Shown here: in pieces, positions 22,236 to 30,916 of the stretch
Position numbering within the stretch: position 1 is the stretch's first letter
Layout of the letters: each line of letters starts with the position of its first letter
DNA from: Myxococcota bacterium
Lineage (GTDB): Bacteria; Myxococcota_A; UBA9160; PR03
Direction of reading: 5' to 3'
DNA: 43,998 bases
Assembly (NCBI GenBank): GCA_041611735.1
Contig: JBFIML010000037.1
Span: 1 to 43,998, forward strand
Made by a program: the position numbers and the translations under genes
Notes under the pieces: model-generated
Told to the model about the DNA's origin: nothing
Seen by the model: the letters and a program-made list of their open reading frames with translations, nothing else
Databases searched by the model: none

Positions 22236-24443
22236 GTGACCGAGCCGTCCCGCCCGTCGAGCGGGGCGCGGGCGCGCACGCTCTCGGAGCACGCGTCGAA
22301 GGGGCTGATGGCCGCCGCCGGGATCCCGGTGACGCGCGAGGCGCTGGCCGACCACCCCGACGCAGCGGCGGACCAGGCGCGCGCCCTGGGCTTCCCGGTG
22401 GTGCTCAAGCTCTGCGGGTCCGCCATCACCCACAAGAGCGAGCGCGACCTGGTGCGCCTCGGCCTGACCGACGAGGCGTCGGTGCGCGTCGCCGCGGCGG
22501 AGCTTCTGGCCCGCCGCCGCCCCGAGGACGGGGACGTGCGTCTGCTGGTCTGCGAGCAGGTGCGGGGACGCCGGGAGCTCATCGCGGGCCTGGTGCGCGA
22601 CCCGCACTTCGGCCCCTGCGTCGTGCTGGGCCTCGGCGGCGTCCTCACCGAGGCCCTCGGCGACGTGGCCTTCGCCGCCGCGCCCCTGGAGGCCAGCCAC
22701 GCCCGGCGGATGCTGCGCCGGCTGCGCGCCCGGCGTCTGTTCACGCAGCCCTTCCGGGGCGAGCCGCCGGTGGACGAGGACGCCCTGGCCGCCGTGCTGG
22801 TGGCCCTCGGGCGCCTCGGCGTCGAGAGGCCCGACGTGGCCAGCATCGACCTGAACCCGCTGGTCGTCGCCGGCGCACGTCCCGTGGCGGTGGACGCGCT
22901 GGTAGTGCTCGACGAGGCGGCCGCCAGGCCTCCGCCCTCGCGGCCGCGGCGCTCCGAGGCGGAGCTCCGCGAGCGCTTCCGGCCGCTCCTGCATCCGCGC
23001 GGGATCGTGGTGGCCGGCGTCTCCACGCACCCCGGCAAGTTCGGCTTCGTGGCCTTCCACAACCTCCTCCGCTGTGGCTACCGGGGAGAGCTCTTCCCGC
23101 TGAACCGCGACGGCGCGGAGGTGCTGGGCCAGCGCAGCTTCCGCGACGTCTCCGAGATCCCGCCCGGCCGCGCCGACCTGGTCTTCGTGTGCACGCCGAG
23201 CCAGGTGAACGTGGAGCTGCTGCGGGCCTGCGCCAAGCTCGGTGTGCGGGCCGCCTTCGTGGCCAGCGGAGGCTACGGGGAGGCGGGACCCGAGGGCCGC
23301 GTTCTGGAGCGCGAGCTCGTGGCCACCGCCGATGAGCTGGGCCTGCTGCTGGCGGGTCCGAACGGACAGGGTGTGGTCTCGACGCCGGTGGCCATGTGCG
23401 CGCAGATCGTGGCGCCCTGGCCGCCGCCCGGGCCGATCTCCGTGGTGAGCCAGAGCGGGAACCTGGTCTCGGCCTTCCTGAACTACGCGGTCGAGACGGG
23501 CGTCGGGATTCGCTACGCGGTCTCCTGCGGGAACTCGGCCCAGACCGGCCTCGCCGACTACCTGGAATACCTGGCGGTGGACGGCGAGAGCAGCGTGGTG
23601 CTCGCCTACCTGGAGGGCGTCCCGGACGGGCGCCGCCTGCTCGAGGCCATGGCTCGCGTGACGGCGCGCAAGCCGCTCGTGCTCCTCAAGGGCGGGGCGG
23701 CGACGGAGGGGCAGCGCGCCGCCGCCAGCCACACCGGCTCCCTGGCCAGCGACGACCGCATCTTCGACGGCGTGTGCGCCCAGGTGGGGGCGCTGCGGGC
23801 GCCCAGCGTGGAGCACGCCTTCGAGTGGGCCGCCAGCCTTGCCACCCAGCCGCTCCCGCGCGGGCGGCGCACGGTGGTCTTCACCACCGCCGGGGGCTGG
23901 GGCGTGCTGGCGGCGGACGCCTGCGCGGCCGCGGGCCTCGAGCTGGTCCCGCTGCCGGAGGGCGTGCGCGCACGCATCGACGCGCTGGTCCCGGCGCGCT
24001 GGAGCCGCAGCAACCCCATCGATCTGGCCGGGGGCGAGACCCGCGACACCATTCCGGAGGTGCTGGACCTGCTCTGCGCCCACCCGCAGGTGGACGCGGT
24101 GATCCAGCTCGGCCTGGGCATCCAGGCCGCCCAGGCCCACCTCTTCCGGTCCGGTCCGTTCCATCCGGGGCACGGGCTCGACCGCATCGTGGCCTTCCAC
24201 GAGCGCCAGGACCGCCGCTACGCGGAAGCGGCGCGCGCGGCCTCGGAGCGCTCCGGGAAGCCGGTGCTCGTGGCCACGGAGCTCGTCCACACGGACCGCG
24301 ACTACGGAAATGCGGGGCCCCGGGCGGTCCGCGAGGGGGGCCGCCTCTGCTACCCGAGCGCCCACCGGGCCGTGGCGGCCCTGCGCGCCCTGTGCGCGTA
24401 CGCGGAGCACCGACGCCCCACGACCGGGGCCGGCGCTCGGTAG
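22236..24443 (+). CDS. ADP-forming acyl-CoA synthetase (acetate-CoA ligase family) with N-terminal ATP-grasp
   Basis: N-terminal LSEHASK...GFPVVLK...HKSE...DLNPL (ATP-grasp), then CoA-binding domain, GPNGQG, VSQSGN, phospho-His motif SHTGSLA and NPIDL. Confidence 0.9.
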   Translation: MTEPSRPSSGARARTLSEHASKGLMAAAGIPVTREALADHPDAAADQARALGFPVVLKLCGSAITHKSERDLVRLGLTDEASVRVAAAELLARRRPEDGDVRLLVCEQVRGRRELIAGLVRDPHFGPCVVLGLGGVLTEALGDVAFAAAPLEASHARRMLRRLRARRLFTQPFRGEPPVDEDALAAVLVALGRLGVERPDVASIDLNPLVVAGARPVAVDALVVLDEAAARPPPSRPRRSEAELRERFRPLLHPRGIVVAGVSTHPGKFGFVAFHNLLRCGYRGELFPLNRDGAEVLGQRSFRDVSEIPPGRADLVFVCTPSQVNVELLRACAKLGVRAAFVASGGYGEAGPEGRVLERELVATADELGLLLAGPNGQGVVSTPVAMCAQIVAPWPPPGPISVVSQSGNLVSAFLNYAVETGVGIRYAVSCGNSAQTGLADYLEYLAVDGESSVVLAYLEGVPDGRRLLEAMARVTARKPLVLLKGGAATEGQRAAASHTGSLASDDRIFDGVCAQVGALRAPSVEHAFEWAASLATQPLPRGRRTVVFTTAGGWGVLAADACAAAGLELVPLPEGVRARIDALVPARWSRSNPIDLAGGETRDTIPEVLDLLCAHPQVDAVIQLGLGIQAAQAHLFRSGPFHPGHGLDRIVAFHERQDRRYAEAARAASERSGKPVLVATELVHTDRDYGNAGPRAVREGGRLCYPSAHRAVAALRALCAYAEHRRPTTGAGAR

Positions 24444-24451
24444 ACCCGGCT

Positions 24452-25309
24452 CTAGGCCTCCCGCCGGCGGCCGCGGGGCAGCCAGGTGCTCGGGTCGAGC
24501 TCGCCCTGGCGCGGGCCGCTCCAGGCCCCGCCCGCGCCGGGGCCGCGCACGATCCGGTAGGGGCGGTCCACCGGCACGTTCCAGGCCCAGCGGCAGCTCA
24601 GGCTCGCGAAGTGGGCGGAGATGGCGCGCCGGAAGTCCGGCGTCCGGTTGCGCCCGGAGCCGTGCAGGAGCAGCGGGTGGAAGAAGACCGTGTCGCCGGT
24701 CTCCATCTCCAGGTGCACGCGCGGCGCGTCGGGGCCGACGCCCCGGGCTCCCCAGTAGGCCGGATTCACCCACTCCCAGTCCAGGTTCTCGTGGGGTCGC
24801 AGCTCGCCGCGGTGGCTGCCGGGCACCACCACCAGGCAGCCGTTCTCCCGGGTGGCCCGCTCGAGGGCCGTCCAGGCCCCGACGATCCGATCCGCGGGCC
24901 GGAACGGAAAGTAGAGCAGGTCCTGGTGCAGGGGGTGGCGGCCGTCCACGTGCGGGGGCTTGTTCACGAGCATGGTGTGCAGCGAGAACACCTCGCTCCC
25001 CACGAAGCGCTCCACGTGGGCGAGCAGGTGCTCGTCGGTCACGTAGGGCCAGAGCACCGGATCGTTCTCGAAGTCCTGGAGCTTGGCGATGGCCTCGAGG
25101 CGGGAGCCGGGCGCCACGGCGCCCTTGGCCACCATGACGTCGCGCATGACCAGCAGGCCCGGGGCGGGCGGCACCTGGCCGTGGGCGATGGCCTCGGAGT
25201 GGGTCACCCAGCGGGCGCAGGTCTCCGCCCCGAACAGCCGGGGCACGACCACGAAGCCATGCTCCCGGTAGGCCGCGAGCTGCGCGTCGCGGACGGGAGG
25301 CTCGCTCAC
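24452..25309 (-). CDS. phyH: Phytanoyl-CoA dioxygenase (PhyH) family Fe/2OG oxygenase
   Basis: From GTG 25309: HPLHQD (HxD), [26 protein letters not shown], R...AIS. Confidence 0.9.
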   Translation of the reverse strand: [285 protein letters not shown]

Positions 25310-26553
25310 TTGCCGGGGGGGCCGCTCGGGACCGCCCGGAAGGCCTTGTCCTTGTCCACGCGAATCTCGGGCGGCAGCCCCAGCACCCGCTCGGCGATGA
25401 TGTTCTTCAGGATCTCGTCGGTGCCGCCGGCGATGCGCAGGCCCGGCGTGCCCAGGTAGACGTCCTGCCAGACCGCCTCGTCGGGCACCACCGAGGCGTC
25501 CTCGAGCCCGCCCAGGGCGCCCTGGAGCTCCATGGCGAAGGCCGCCATCTGCTGGGCCAGCGGCGCTCCCACGGCCTTGCCGATGGCGCCCTCGGGTCCC
25601 GGCGTGGCGCCCCGGGAGATGGCCGAGAGGGTGCGGTAGCCCGTGTACTGGAGCCCCTTCGAGGCCACGTAGAAGTCGGCGATCTTCTGGCGCACCGCCG
25701 CGTCCTCCAGGGCCGGCCGTCCGTTGCGGCGGCACTCCCGGGCCAGCCGGATCAGGCGCCGGATGCGCCCGCCCGAGGCCGCCGCGCCGATCGCCACCCG
25801 CTCGTTCATGAGCGTGGTGAGCGCCACGCGCCAGCCGTCGCCCTCGGCGCCCAGGCGGTAGTCGTCCGGGACGCGCACGTCGGTGAAGAACACCTCGTTG
25901 AAGCCCGAGGCCCCGTTGATCTGCTGGATGGGCCGCACCTCGATGCCGGGCCCCTTCATGTCCACCACGAAGTAGGTGAGGCCCGCGTGCTTCACTACGT
26001 TCGGGTCGGAGCGCACCACGATCATGCCCCAGTCCGAGTACTGGGCTCCGGTGCTCCAGATCTTCTGGCCGTTGATGACCCACGCGTCGCCGTCCCGCGC
26101 CGCGATGGTGCGCAGCCCGGCCAGGTCCGAGCCGGCCGCCGGCTCGCTGAAGAGCTGGCACCAGATCTCCTGGCCGCGGGCCATCTCGCGCAGCCAGCGG
26201 CCCTTCTGCTCCTCGCTGCCGTGGGCCATGAGCGTCGGGCCGAGCATCCCGTGGCCGATCACGTAGATGTTGGGAGGTGTCCGGAACTTGCCCTCCTCCT
26301 GGTTCCAGATCACCTGCTCCATGCGTCCGAGGCCCTGGCCGCCGTGCTCCTTGGGCCAGGTGAGGCAGGCCCAGCCGGCCTCGAACTTCTTGAGCTGCCA
26401 GGCCTTGGCGGCGGCGATCACGTCCTCGGTCTCGCGCTCGCCGAGCACGCCGACGGGCGTCTCGTCCGGGTCGCGATAGGTGGCGTTCGCCTCCAGCCAC
26501 TGGCGGCAGCGGCTGCGGAACTCGGCTTCCTGCGGGGTGTCGTTGAAATCCAT
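25306..26553 (-). CDS. Acyl-CoA dehydrogenase (large, catalytic-type subunit)
   Basis: WCQLFSEPAAGSDLA, NGQKIWST, FNEVFFTDV, TLMNER, RIAGGTDEILKNIIAERVLGLP. Confidence 0.93.
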   Translation of the reverse strand: MDFNDTPQEAEFRSRCRQWLEANATYRDPDETPVGVLGERETEDVIAAAKAWQLKKFEAGWACLTWPKEHGGQGLGRMEQVIWNQEEGKFRTPPNIYVIGHGMLGPTLMAHGSEEQKGRWLREMARGQEIWCQLFSEPAAGSDLAGLRTIAARDGDAWVINGQKIWSTGAQYSDWGMIVVRSDPNVVKHAGLTYFVVDMKGPGIEVRPIQQINGASGFNEVFFTDVRVPDDYRLGAEGDGWRVALTTLMNERVAIGAAASGGRIRRLIRLARECRRNGRPALEDAAVRQKIADFYVASKGLQYTGYRTLSAISRGATPGPEGAIGKAVGAPLAQQMAAFAMELQGALGGLEDASVVPDEAVWQDVYLGTPGLRIAGGTDEILKNIIAERVLGLPPEIRVDKDKAFRAVPSGPPGK

Positions 26554-26596
26554 GGTTCTCTCCGTGGGGGTTCGGGGTCGCGTCCCTTGCCCCGGC

Positions 26597-27709
26597 TCAG
26601 TCGCCGTCTCGCGTCACCAGGCGCCGCATCAGCTTCTCGCGCCAGGCGCTCGGGCTGCCGAGCGCCAGGGCCAGCAGCTTCGCGCGGCGGTAGAACAGAT
26701 GGCAGTCGTACTCCCAGGTGAAGCCGACGCCTCCGTACATCTGGATCATCTCCTGGCTGGCCAGCAGCGATGCATCGCTGGCCGCCACGCGCAGGCTGCA
26801 GGCGGCCAGGGGCAGCTCCTCGTTGTCGTGCTCCAGGGCCCAGGCGGCGTAGTAGCCGTTCGAGAGAGCGATCTGGTTGCGGGCGTAGACGTCGGCCATG
26901 CGGTGCTTCAGGGCCTGGAAGGAGGCCACCGGGCGGCCGAAGGCGTAGCGGCCCAGGGTCTGCTGGCGGGTCAGGTCGAAGGCGCGCTCGGCAGCGCCGA
27001 TCTGCTCGAAGCCCATCATGACCGCCGCCCGGTCGAGCAGCCGCTCCGCCTGCTCCGCCCCGCGCCCCGCCTCGCCCAGCAGCTCGGAGGGTGCCCCCTC
27101 GAAGACGAGGCGGGCCTGGGAGCGGCTCGGGTCGAAGGAGCGCAGGGCCGTGCGCGTGATGCCCTCCCCCTCGAGATCGACCAGCGCCAGGGAGTGGCCC
27201 TGGCCGTCCCGGGCCAGCACCACGGCGAAGCCCGCCACGTCGCCGTCGAGGACGGGGAGCTTCTGGCCGTGCAGGCGTCCGCCCTTGAGCTCGGTGGCGA
27301 GCTCGCCGGGCTCCGGATCGCCGGGCCCCTCCGCCCAGGCGAAGGCCCCGATGCGCTCCCCGGCGCACAGCGCCGGCAGATACCGCTTCTTCTGGGCCTC
27401 GCTCCCGAAGCGGAGCAGCGCCTCCGTGGCCAGGTAGACCGACGACGCGAACGGGATCGGCGCCAGGGCGCGGCCCAGCTCCTCGGCGATCAGCACGAGC
27501 TCCAGGTAGCCCAGGCCGGAGCCTCCGTAGGCCTCCGGCACCGCCGTGCCGAGCCAGCCCATCTCGGCCACGCCCTTCCATAGCTTCGCGTCGTAGCAGC
27601 GCTCCGACTCGAGCACGGCCCGGCAGACGTCGAGCCCGGCGTGCTGGCCCAGGAACTCGCGGGCGGTCTGCTGGATGAACTTCTGGTCCTCGGAGAATTC
27701 GAGATTCAT
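26597..27709 (-). CDS. Acyl-CoA dehydrogenase (small, partner-type subunit)
   Basis: EMGWLG, EELGRALAPIPF, RYAFGRPVASFQALKHRMAD, QMYGGVGFTWEYD; lacks the GGT.E catalytic segment. Confidence 0.9.
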   Translation of the reverse strand: MNLEFSEDQKFIQQTAREFLGQHAGLDVCRAVLESERCYDAKLWKGVAEMGWLGTAVPEAYGGSGLGYLELVLIAEELGRALAPIPFASSVYLATEALLRFGSEAQKKRYLPALCAGERIGAFAWAEGPGDPEPGELATELKGGRLHGQKLPVLDGDVAGFAVVLARDGQGHSLALVDLEGEGITRTALRSFDPSRSQARLVFEGAPSELLGEAGRGAEQAERLLDRAAVMMGFEQIGAAERAFDLTRQQTLGRYAFGRPVASFQALKHRMADVYARNQIALSNGYYAAWALEHDNEELPLAACSLRVAASDASLLASQEMIQMYGGVGFTWEYDCHLFYRRAKLLALALGSPSAWREKLMRRLVTRDGD

Positions 27710-27721
27710 GGCGATCCTTCG

Positions 27722-28345
27722 TCAGGGCGCCGCGAGCACGCGGCGCGTGTTGGCGTCGAGCCCGGCCAGCAGCTCCCTCAACCTGCGCCGATCGGGGTCG
27801 GCGAGCCACTGGTAGGTCAGTCCGAACAGGGCGCCCAGGAACTGGGCGGTGGCGAGGCCGGGGTTCACGTCGGCACGGATCGTGCCCGCCTCCATGCCCG
27901 ACTCGATCCAGGCCCGGATCCGGCTTCCCAGGCGGCGGTGATCCTCCCGGACCCCCGCAAGCATCTCCGAGTCCGGGCTGATCGCCTCGAACCAGAGCGC
28001 GAACAGGGCGCGCATGGTCTCCGGCGATTCCTCGGCGAAGCTGCGGTGGGCGTGCAGGAAGGCGGCCAGGGCCTCCACCCCGTCGCGGCCGTCCACGTAG
28101 GGCGACAGGTGGTCGCGCCAGCGCCGCGAGATCCAGCGCATGGCCTCCTCGAAGAGGCCCGCCTTGGAGCCGAAGCGGTGCGTCACGAGGCCGCGGCTGT
28201 AGCCCGCGGCCTCGCCGATGGCGACCAGGGTGGTCTTCTTGTAGCCACGCTCCACCATGAGGCGGATGGCGGCCTCGAGCATGCGCTTGTCGGAACGCGC
28301 GCTGCGCTCGGCCTGGGTGCGGCGGGGGGGGCTCGCGACGCTCAA
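27722..28345 (-). CDS. TetR/AcrR family transcriptional regulator
   Basis: RRTQAERS...AAIRLMVERGYKKTTLVAIGEAAGYSRGLVTHRFGSK HTH; TTG start preceded by GGGAG. Confidence 0.9.
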   Translation of the reverse strand: MSVASPPRRTQAERSARSDKRMLEAAIRLMVERGYKKTTLVAIGEAAGYSRGLVTHRFGSKAGLFEEAMRWISRRWRDHLSPYVDGRDGVEALAAFLHAHRSFAEESPETMRALFALWFEAISPDSEMLAGVREDHRRLGSRIRAWIESGMEAGTIRADVNPGLATAQFLGALFGLTYQWLADPDRRRLRELLAGLDANTRRVLAAP

Positions 28346-28369
28346 GGGAACTCCCTGGAAGACCTCCAG

Positions 28370-28404
28370 ACTGTACCAGAGTCACTTGTTGACGACAAGC
28401 AAGT
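28370..28404 (-). promoter_or_regulatory. Sigma70-type promoter of the tetR-ACAD-ACAD-phyH operon overlapped by a palindromic operator
   Basis: Minus strand TTGTCG (28398-28393)-17 nt-TACAGT (28375-28370) with TGn extension; inverted repeats CTTGT-N5-ACAAG (28385-28399) and ACTTG...CAAGT (28384-28404) cover the -35 box. Confidence 0.65.
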
Positions 28405-28448
28405 ATCTTGCCGGTCCGACCATCCCGTAGGAATTCCAGGAGGTTCCC

Positions 28449-29336
28449 ATGGACGTGGACCCCCCGAGCTCAGCGGTCCCGGAGCGGACCCCGGGACCCC
28501 TGGCGCGACTCCTCGCCCGCCTGACGGGGGTCGAACCCCTCGACCGGGACCTCTTCCTGGGCGCTCCCGAGGCCGGGGAGGGTGCGCTCTTCGGGGGCTT
28601 CGTGGCCGCCCAGGCGGTGATGGTGGCCGGCGGCACCCTCGAGAGCGGCGGGCTCCACTCCCTGCACGCCTACTTCCTGCGGCCGGGACGGCACGACGTG
28701 CCGATCCGCTACGTGGTGCACCGTATCCGCGACGGCCGCACCTTCACCACCCGCCGCGTGGTGGCCCATCAGGGTGGCGAGGCGATCTTCCTGCTCTCCG
28801 CCAGCTTCGCGCTTCCGGAGCCCGGCATCTCCCATCAGGATCCCATCCCCGCGGCGCCGCCCCCGGATGCCCTGCCGGACTGGGAGGACGAGCGCGCACG
28901 CATCCTCGGCAATCCCGCCCTGCGCCGCCGCGACGGGCCGGTGGAGGTCCGCATGTGCGACCCGGACGATCCCGACCCGTCGGTCAAGCTTCCGCCCCGC
29001 CAGCGGGTGTGGATGCGCCCGCGCGGCCCCCTGCCCGACGACCCCCTGGTGCACGCGGCGCTCCTCGTCTACGCCAGCGATCGGACGCTCCTGAGCACCG
29101 CCGCGCGACCCCATGGCCTGCCCTGGGGCCGGCGCACCGGCTGGAGCCTGGACCACGCGGTCTGGTTGCACCGGCCGCCCCGCTTCGACGACTGGATGCT
29201 CTACGTGAGTGAGAGCCCGGCCGCGCACGCGGCCCGGGGCCTCATCTTCGGGGCCCTGTTCGAGCGCCGCGGGACGCGGGTGGCCTCGGTGGCCCAGGAG
29301 GTGCTGATCCGGGTGCCGCGTCCGGCCGGGAGCTGA
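28449..29336 (+). CDS. tesB: Acyl-CoA thioesterase II (TesB family)
   Basis: LFGGFVAAQA, HSLHAYFLRPG, RDGRTFTTRRV, YASD, SLDHAVWLH, VAQE; AGGAGG RBS. Confidence 0.9.
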   Translation: MDVDPPSSAVPERTPGPLARLLARLTGVEPLDRDLFLGAPEAGEGALFGGFVAAQAVMVAGGTLESGGLHSLHAYFLRPGRHDVPIRYVVHRIRDGRTFTTRRVVAHQGGEAIFLLSASFALPEPGISHQDPIPAAPPPDALPDWEDERARILGNPALRRRDGPVEVRMCDPDDPDPSVKLPPRQRVWMRPRGPLPDDPLVHAALLVYASDRTLLSTAARPHGLPWGRRTGWSLDHAVWLHRPPRFDDWMLYVSESPAAHAARGLIFGALFERRGTRVASVAQEVLIRVPRPAGS

Positions 29337-29342
29337 ACGATC

Positions 29343-30776
29343 TCAGAGGCTGCCGTTGGTCTCCGCCACGCTCGGCAGCAGCGCCTCCGCCGCCAGGCTG
29401 ACGTCGATCTGCTCGAGCAGGTGGCCCACGTCCGGAACCGGCGCGAAGCGTCCGCCCGTCTCGACCCCCAGCACCTCCGCCGGGCGCGGCTCCTCCACGG
29501 CCCCGGGCCCCAGGGCGAAGGCGTGCACCCGCACCCCTCCGCGCGCCGCGCGCTCCGCCGCCCGTGCCACGGCGGCCACGTTCTCCACGGAGTAGGCGGC
29601 ACCGAAGGGGCGGGTGGGCCGGCCGTCGGTCAGGAAGAACACGACCTTGTCGCTGAGCGGGTCCGGCGTCGAGAGGGCGCCCGCCAGCCCGAGCAGCTCC
29701 ACGGTCGCCTGATCGGTGCCCGCGGCGATGTGGGTGGCCCCATCGCCGCCCCGGGCCAGCAGGCGGGTGAGCGCCTCCTCCACGCGCCCGAACTCCGAGG
29801 TGAGCTCCTGCTGGGTGAGCGCCGCGGAGCGCACCGGGCCCCGGGCGCTGGCGAAGGTGACGAGGCCGATCCGCGCTGCCGCCGGGTCGAGGCGCTGGAG
29901 GATGCGGCGCGCCGCCGCCACCTCGGCGTGGAGGATCGAGTCCTCCGGATCGGAGCTGCCGAACACGTGCCAGGGCTGGCGCCGGCCCACGACGCCGTTC
30001 CGGTTCAGGTCCGCGCCGCTCCCGTCGTTGGTGGACACGGAGGTGTCGAGGACCACCAGCACGTCCACCCGGCGTCGGGCCAGCTCGCCGAACGGGACTC
30101 CGGTGGGGAACGGCCGGCCCGCGAGACGCACGGGCCGCTGGGCCGCCCAGATCACGTGCTGGATCGGGGTGACGCGCAGGTGCAGGGCGTCGGGCGCCTC
30201 CGGGGAGCTGCCCTGCAGCACGCCGATCACGCGCCGCTTCCTGCCGGACAACACCGGGGCCCCTTCCCAGCCGAGAACGTCCGCCAGACCCTCGGTCACC
30301 ACCTCGATCCGGTGCGGCTCGACACGCACCACCCGGGCGGCCTGTTCGCCGGCCATGGAGGCGCCCCCGCCGAGCACCCGGACCTCGTCCCCCACGCGCG
30401 GGGGATTGCGGGTCTCCGGCTCCAGGACGCGCACGTCCTCGGGCGGATCGTCCAGGGCGAAGACCGCGAAGCCCGCGCCGTCCGCACCGCTGCGCGGCAC
30501 CGCGTAGAAGCGACGCGACACGCCCAGCAGCCGATCCTCCCCGGCCCGGAACGTCACCTCGCCCGCGCGCACCACGGTCGGGAGGTCCAGGGACGGCGAG
30601 CCGACCACCGCCACGACGCCCTGCTCTCCGGGTGCCCGCAGGAAGAAGGCCGTTCCCAGGCGGCGGGTGCTTCCTTCTACCCGCACGCTCGCCTCGGCCA
30701 CCTCGGTCCGCTCCGCCGCGGCTGCCAGGGCCGGTGCGAGCAACAGCGCGAAGGCGAGGGCGACGCGGGGGGACAT
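29343..30776 (-). CDS. Secreted protein: degenerate trypsin-like domain plus VWA domain
   Basis: From ATG 30776: signal peptide; trypsin-like pattern GTAFFL...FAVFAL...GWEGAPVL...RVIGVL; VWA with MIDAS DTSVS, GATH and FLTDG. Confidence 0.8.
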   Translation of the reverse strand: MSPRVALAFALLLAPALAAAAERTEVAEASVRVEGSTRRLGTAFFLRAPGEQGVVAVVGSPSLDLPTVVRAGEVTFRAGEDRLLGVSRRFYAVPRSGADGAGFAVFALDDPPEDVRVLEPETRNPPRVGDEVRVLGGGASMAGEQAARVVRVEPHRIEVVTEGLADVLGWEGAPVLSGRKRRVIGVLQGSSPEAPDALHLRVTPIQHVIWAAQRPVRLAGRPFPTGVPFGELARRRVDVLVVLDTSVSTNDGSGADLNRNGVVGRRQPWHVFGSSDPEDSILHAEVAAARRILQRLDPAAARIGLVTFASARGPVRSAALTQQELTSEFGRVEEALTRLLARGGDGATHIAAGTDQATVELLGLAGALSTPDPLSDKVVFFLTDGRPTRPFGAAYSVENVAAVARAAERAARGGVRVHAFALGPGAVEEPRPAEVLGVETGGRFAPVPDVGHLLEQIDVSLAAEALLPSVAETNGSL

Positions 30777-30916
30777 CGCGAAGCCAGCATATACGAAAGC
30801 TTCGCGCCGGTGAAGCTTCGCTTCGACGCCCCAGCGCCACAACGCCACGGCGGATCAAGGGAATTCCACACGGTGCCCGCGCCTTCCCGGGGCGGGCTGC
30901 CGGTTCGTGAGCGGGC

